From the NCBI RefSeq assembly GCF_001194135.2, contig NC_068987.1, positions 77,354,310 through 77,389,885 of the forward strand: a DNA stretch of 35,576 nucleotides, given 5' to 3'. A program made the position numbers and the translations under genes. Shown in pieces: positions 33,316-35,576 of this stretch; position 1 is the first letter of the stretch, and each line of letters begins with the position of its first letter. Under the pieces are notes generated by a model that saw only the letters and a program-made list of their open reading frames with translations, searched no databases and was not told where the DNA came from. Source of the DNA: Octopus bimaculoides. Lineage: Eukaryota.

Positions 33316-34629
33316 GGATCAAACCGTAATGAAACGTGTTATTTCTCGGTTAACTAATTGTCTTCTCAGAGAAACAAACGAGAAAACAACATACAGAAAA
33401 AAGTAGGTTAACATTTTAAGAACAACTCTAAACTATCAATTATTATTATTTATTCATTCGTCCATTTATTTAGTTGTCTGTTTTATTGCATTGTAGTTTA
33501 TTTATTTTATTTTAGTCTATTTTGTCTTTTATTTATTAATGTTGATGTTGTTACTTCATTATGTAGCATTACAATTACAATCATTCACCGCCGTCACCCA
33601 CCTAAACATATCGAACCAGCAAAAAATTAGGTGCCTCTGTTTTATGAAGTTATAGAATTTGTTTGCTTGATTTGGTTTGGTTTGGTTTGGTTTGAGTGTT
33701 GAGTGGGTGTTTTCCTACTGGCTCAGAAATTACTGGAGCAAAAAAATATAAAGGTTTGATATATATATATATTATATATATATATATATATANNNNNNNN
33801 NNNNNNNNNNNNNNNNNNNNNNNNNNNNNNNNNNNNNNNNNNNNNNNNNNNNNNNNNNNNNNNNNNNNNNNNNNNNNNNNNNNNNNNNNNNNNNNNNNNN
33901 NNNNNNNNNNNNNNNNNNNNNNNNNNNNNNNNNNNNNNNNNNNNNNNNNNNNNNNNNNNNNNNNNNNNNNNNNNNNNNNNNNNNNNNNNNNNNNNNNNNN
34001 NNNNNNNNNNNNNNNNNNNNNNNNNNNNNNNNNNNNNNNNNNNNNNNNNNNNNNNNNNNNNNNNNNNNNNNNNNNNNNNNNNNNNNNNNNNNNNNNNNNN
34101 NNNNNNNNNNNNNNNNNNNNNNNNNNNNNNNNNNNNNNNNNNNNNNNNNNNNNNNNNNNNNNNNNNNNNNNNNNNNNNNNNNNNNNNNNNNNNNNNNNNN
34201 NNNNNNNNNNNNNNNNNNNNNNNNNNNNNNNNNNNNNNNNCACACACACACACACACACACACACTCAAACATTTCATCTTCAAGAGAGATTTTCATCCA
34301 ACAACTTCATCAAATAACTTCATCAAACATTTTCATCAAGCATCATCATATCTTCATCATCAAACATCAGACCCTAACCCTAACCGGTTGAAACCAGTCC
34401 AAACATTTTCATCAAACATCATATATTCATCAAGCATGTTCATCAAACACCAAACCCTAAACAGGTGAGCCAAATCGATATTGTGACATTTATGCAGTTC
34501 TGAAAAGTGTTACTATAACAAAAGAAATGAATTTTTATCACCCGATGATATCGTAAGGCCAATTTCACCCAATATCGTAAGGCAAATTTGAATCAAACCA
34601 TCTATCATTCTACAAGCTACAACTACTGC

Positions 34630-34830
34630 ATAGTTTGAACTCAGGAAATCTAGTCTTCATAGTTCAATCTCAGTAAATATTTCTTGCTCCAAGCCATACA
34701 TATTGGATGGTTTGAGGTGAATAAATCCATACTTCTCGAAGTTAAGCTCATTGGATGGTTTGGGCTCAGCAAATTAATTCTTCTCCAATCAATACTCATA
34801 AAATTGTTCAAACTGGGAAACTATTTCATT
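34630..34830. repeat. Degenerate 48-bp minisatellite
   Basis: attggatggtttg at 34702 and 34750, with weaker flanking units. Confidence 0.65.
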
Positions 34831-35137
34831 TCCTAAGATTGTTTCCATTAGATTGTTTTAAGTAAACAGCTGAAGCTGACAAAAAGAAATTATATTTATC
34901 AGTTATAAAGGGTCCCACCTATAAACAATGGTAACCTGGTTACTCGGTAACCTGTAGATCACAATATTGTAAACGTCAGTTTCGACGATGAGTGTTCAAT
35001 TGGTTGACCAACTTAACTACCTGCTTAAGGAATAATTTTACACTGACTATCAAGTGGAATCAATTAATTACGGTGTGTGATAAGAGTGGGCTTTCGAATT
35101 CCAAGTAGAATCGATCCTTCAGGCTTCCATAGTTTCT

Positions 35138-35370
35138 TATTTCTTTATTGCCTACAAGGGGCTAACCATAGAGGGGACAAACAAGGACAGACAAAGGGAT
35201 TAAGTCGATTACATCGATCCCAGTGCGTAACTGGTATTTAATTTATCGACCCCGAAAGGATGAAATGTAAAGTCGACCTCGGCGGAATTTGAACTCAGAA
35301 CGTAACAGCAGACGAAATACCGCTATGCATTTCGCCCGGCGTGCTAACGTTTCTTCCAGCTCGCTGCCTT
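35138..35370 (-). mobile_element. Full-length young family A SINE monomer with target-site duplication
   Basis: Close to 5531-5765; cttccatagtttct occurs at 35124-35137 and 35368-35381. Confidence 0.95.
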
Positions 35371-35434
35371 CCATAGTTTCTGCCTACCCATTCCACACAT
35401 AAAGCTCAAGCTATATGACTTAATGACAGATAGC

Positions 35435-35576
35435 ATTTATTTCTTTAATTTCATTGACTTGTTTCAGCCATTGAACTGCGGCCATGCTGGAGCATCAACC
35501 CGAAAGGTTTTAGTCAGTCAAATCGACTTCAGTATTTATTTTTTAGTTTGATGCTTATTCTATCGTTTTTTATTAC
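35435..35576 (-). mobile_element. 3' tail of a family B SINE (continues beyond the window)
   Basis: cttgtttcagccattgaactgcggccatgctggagca...aatcgac...cttattctatcg is the antisense of the family B tail. Confidence 0.75.

Larger units (their letters stand above)
2034..34240. other. Eleven assembly gaps: 2034-2772, 3415-4058, 7566-7766, 10546-10555, 11449-11637, 15015-15184, 19697-20152, 23786-23795, 24658-25468, 31443-32107, 33793-34240
   Basis: Runs of N, nearly all abutting simple repeats. Confidence 1.

Noticed and set aside
1949-34391. Long ORFs in the track containing X runs or YI/CV/HT/RE dipeptide repeats
   Set aside because: Artefacts of N gaps and dinucleotide or tetranucleotide microsatellites.

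Overview
Repeat-saturated, AT-rich animal genomic DNA with 11 N-gaps (about 4.3 kb), almost all flanked by microsatellites, which points to a short-read assembly. The SINE families and the extreme microsatellite density look like an octopus (cephalopod) genome; this is my inference, not a database result. I can support no intact host gene, true tRNA/rRNA or CRISPR array, and most ORFs in the track are microsatellite or N artefacts. The window is a transposable-element graveyard. It holds about 20 tRNA-derived SINE copies from several modular families, two decayed mariner transposases, a Tigger/pogo DDE remnant, a hAT fragment and a Penelope GIY-YIG fragment. It also holds a zinc-knuckle ORF1/Gag-like element with no visible ORF2, a Helentron-type (HINE/DINE-like) end, and a same-strand cluster of R4/Dong-clade retrotransposon fragments punctuated by microsatellites. 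The most interesting structures are that R4 cluster, a double-foldback MITE nested inside a SINE, a tRNA-headed SINE with a partial hammerhead-ribozyme-like tail, and head/tail swapping among the SINEs. None is demonstrably a new functional system.
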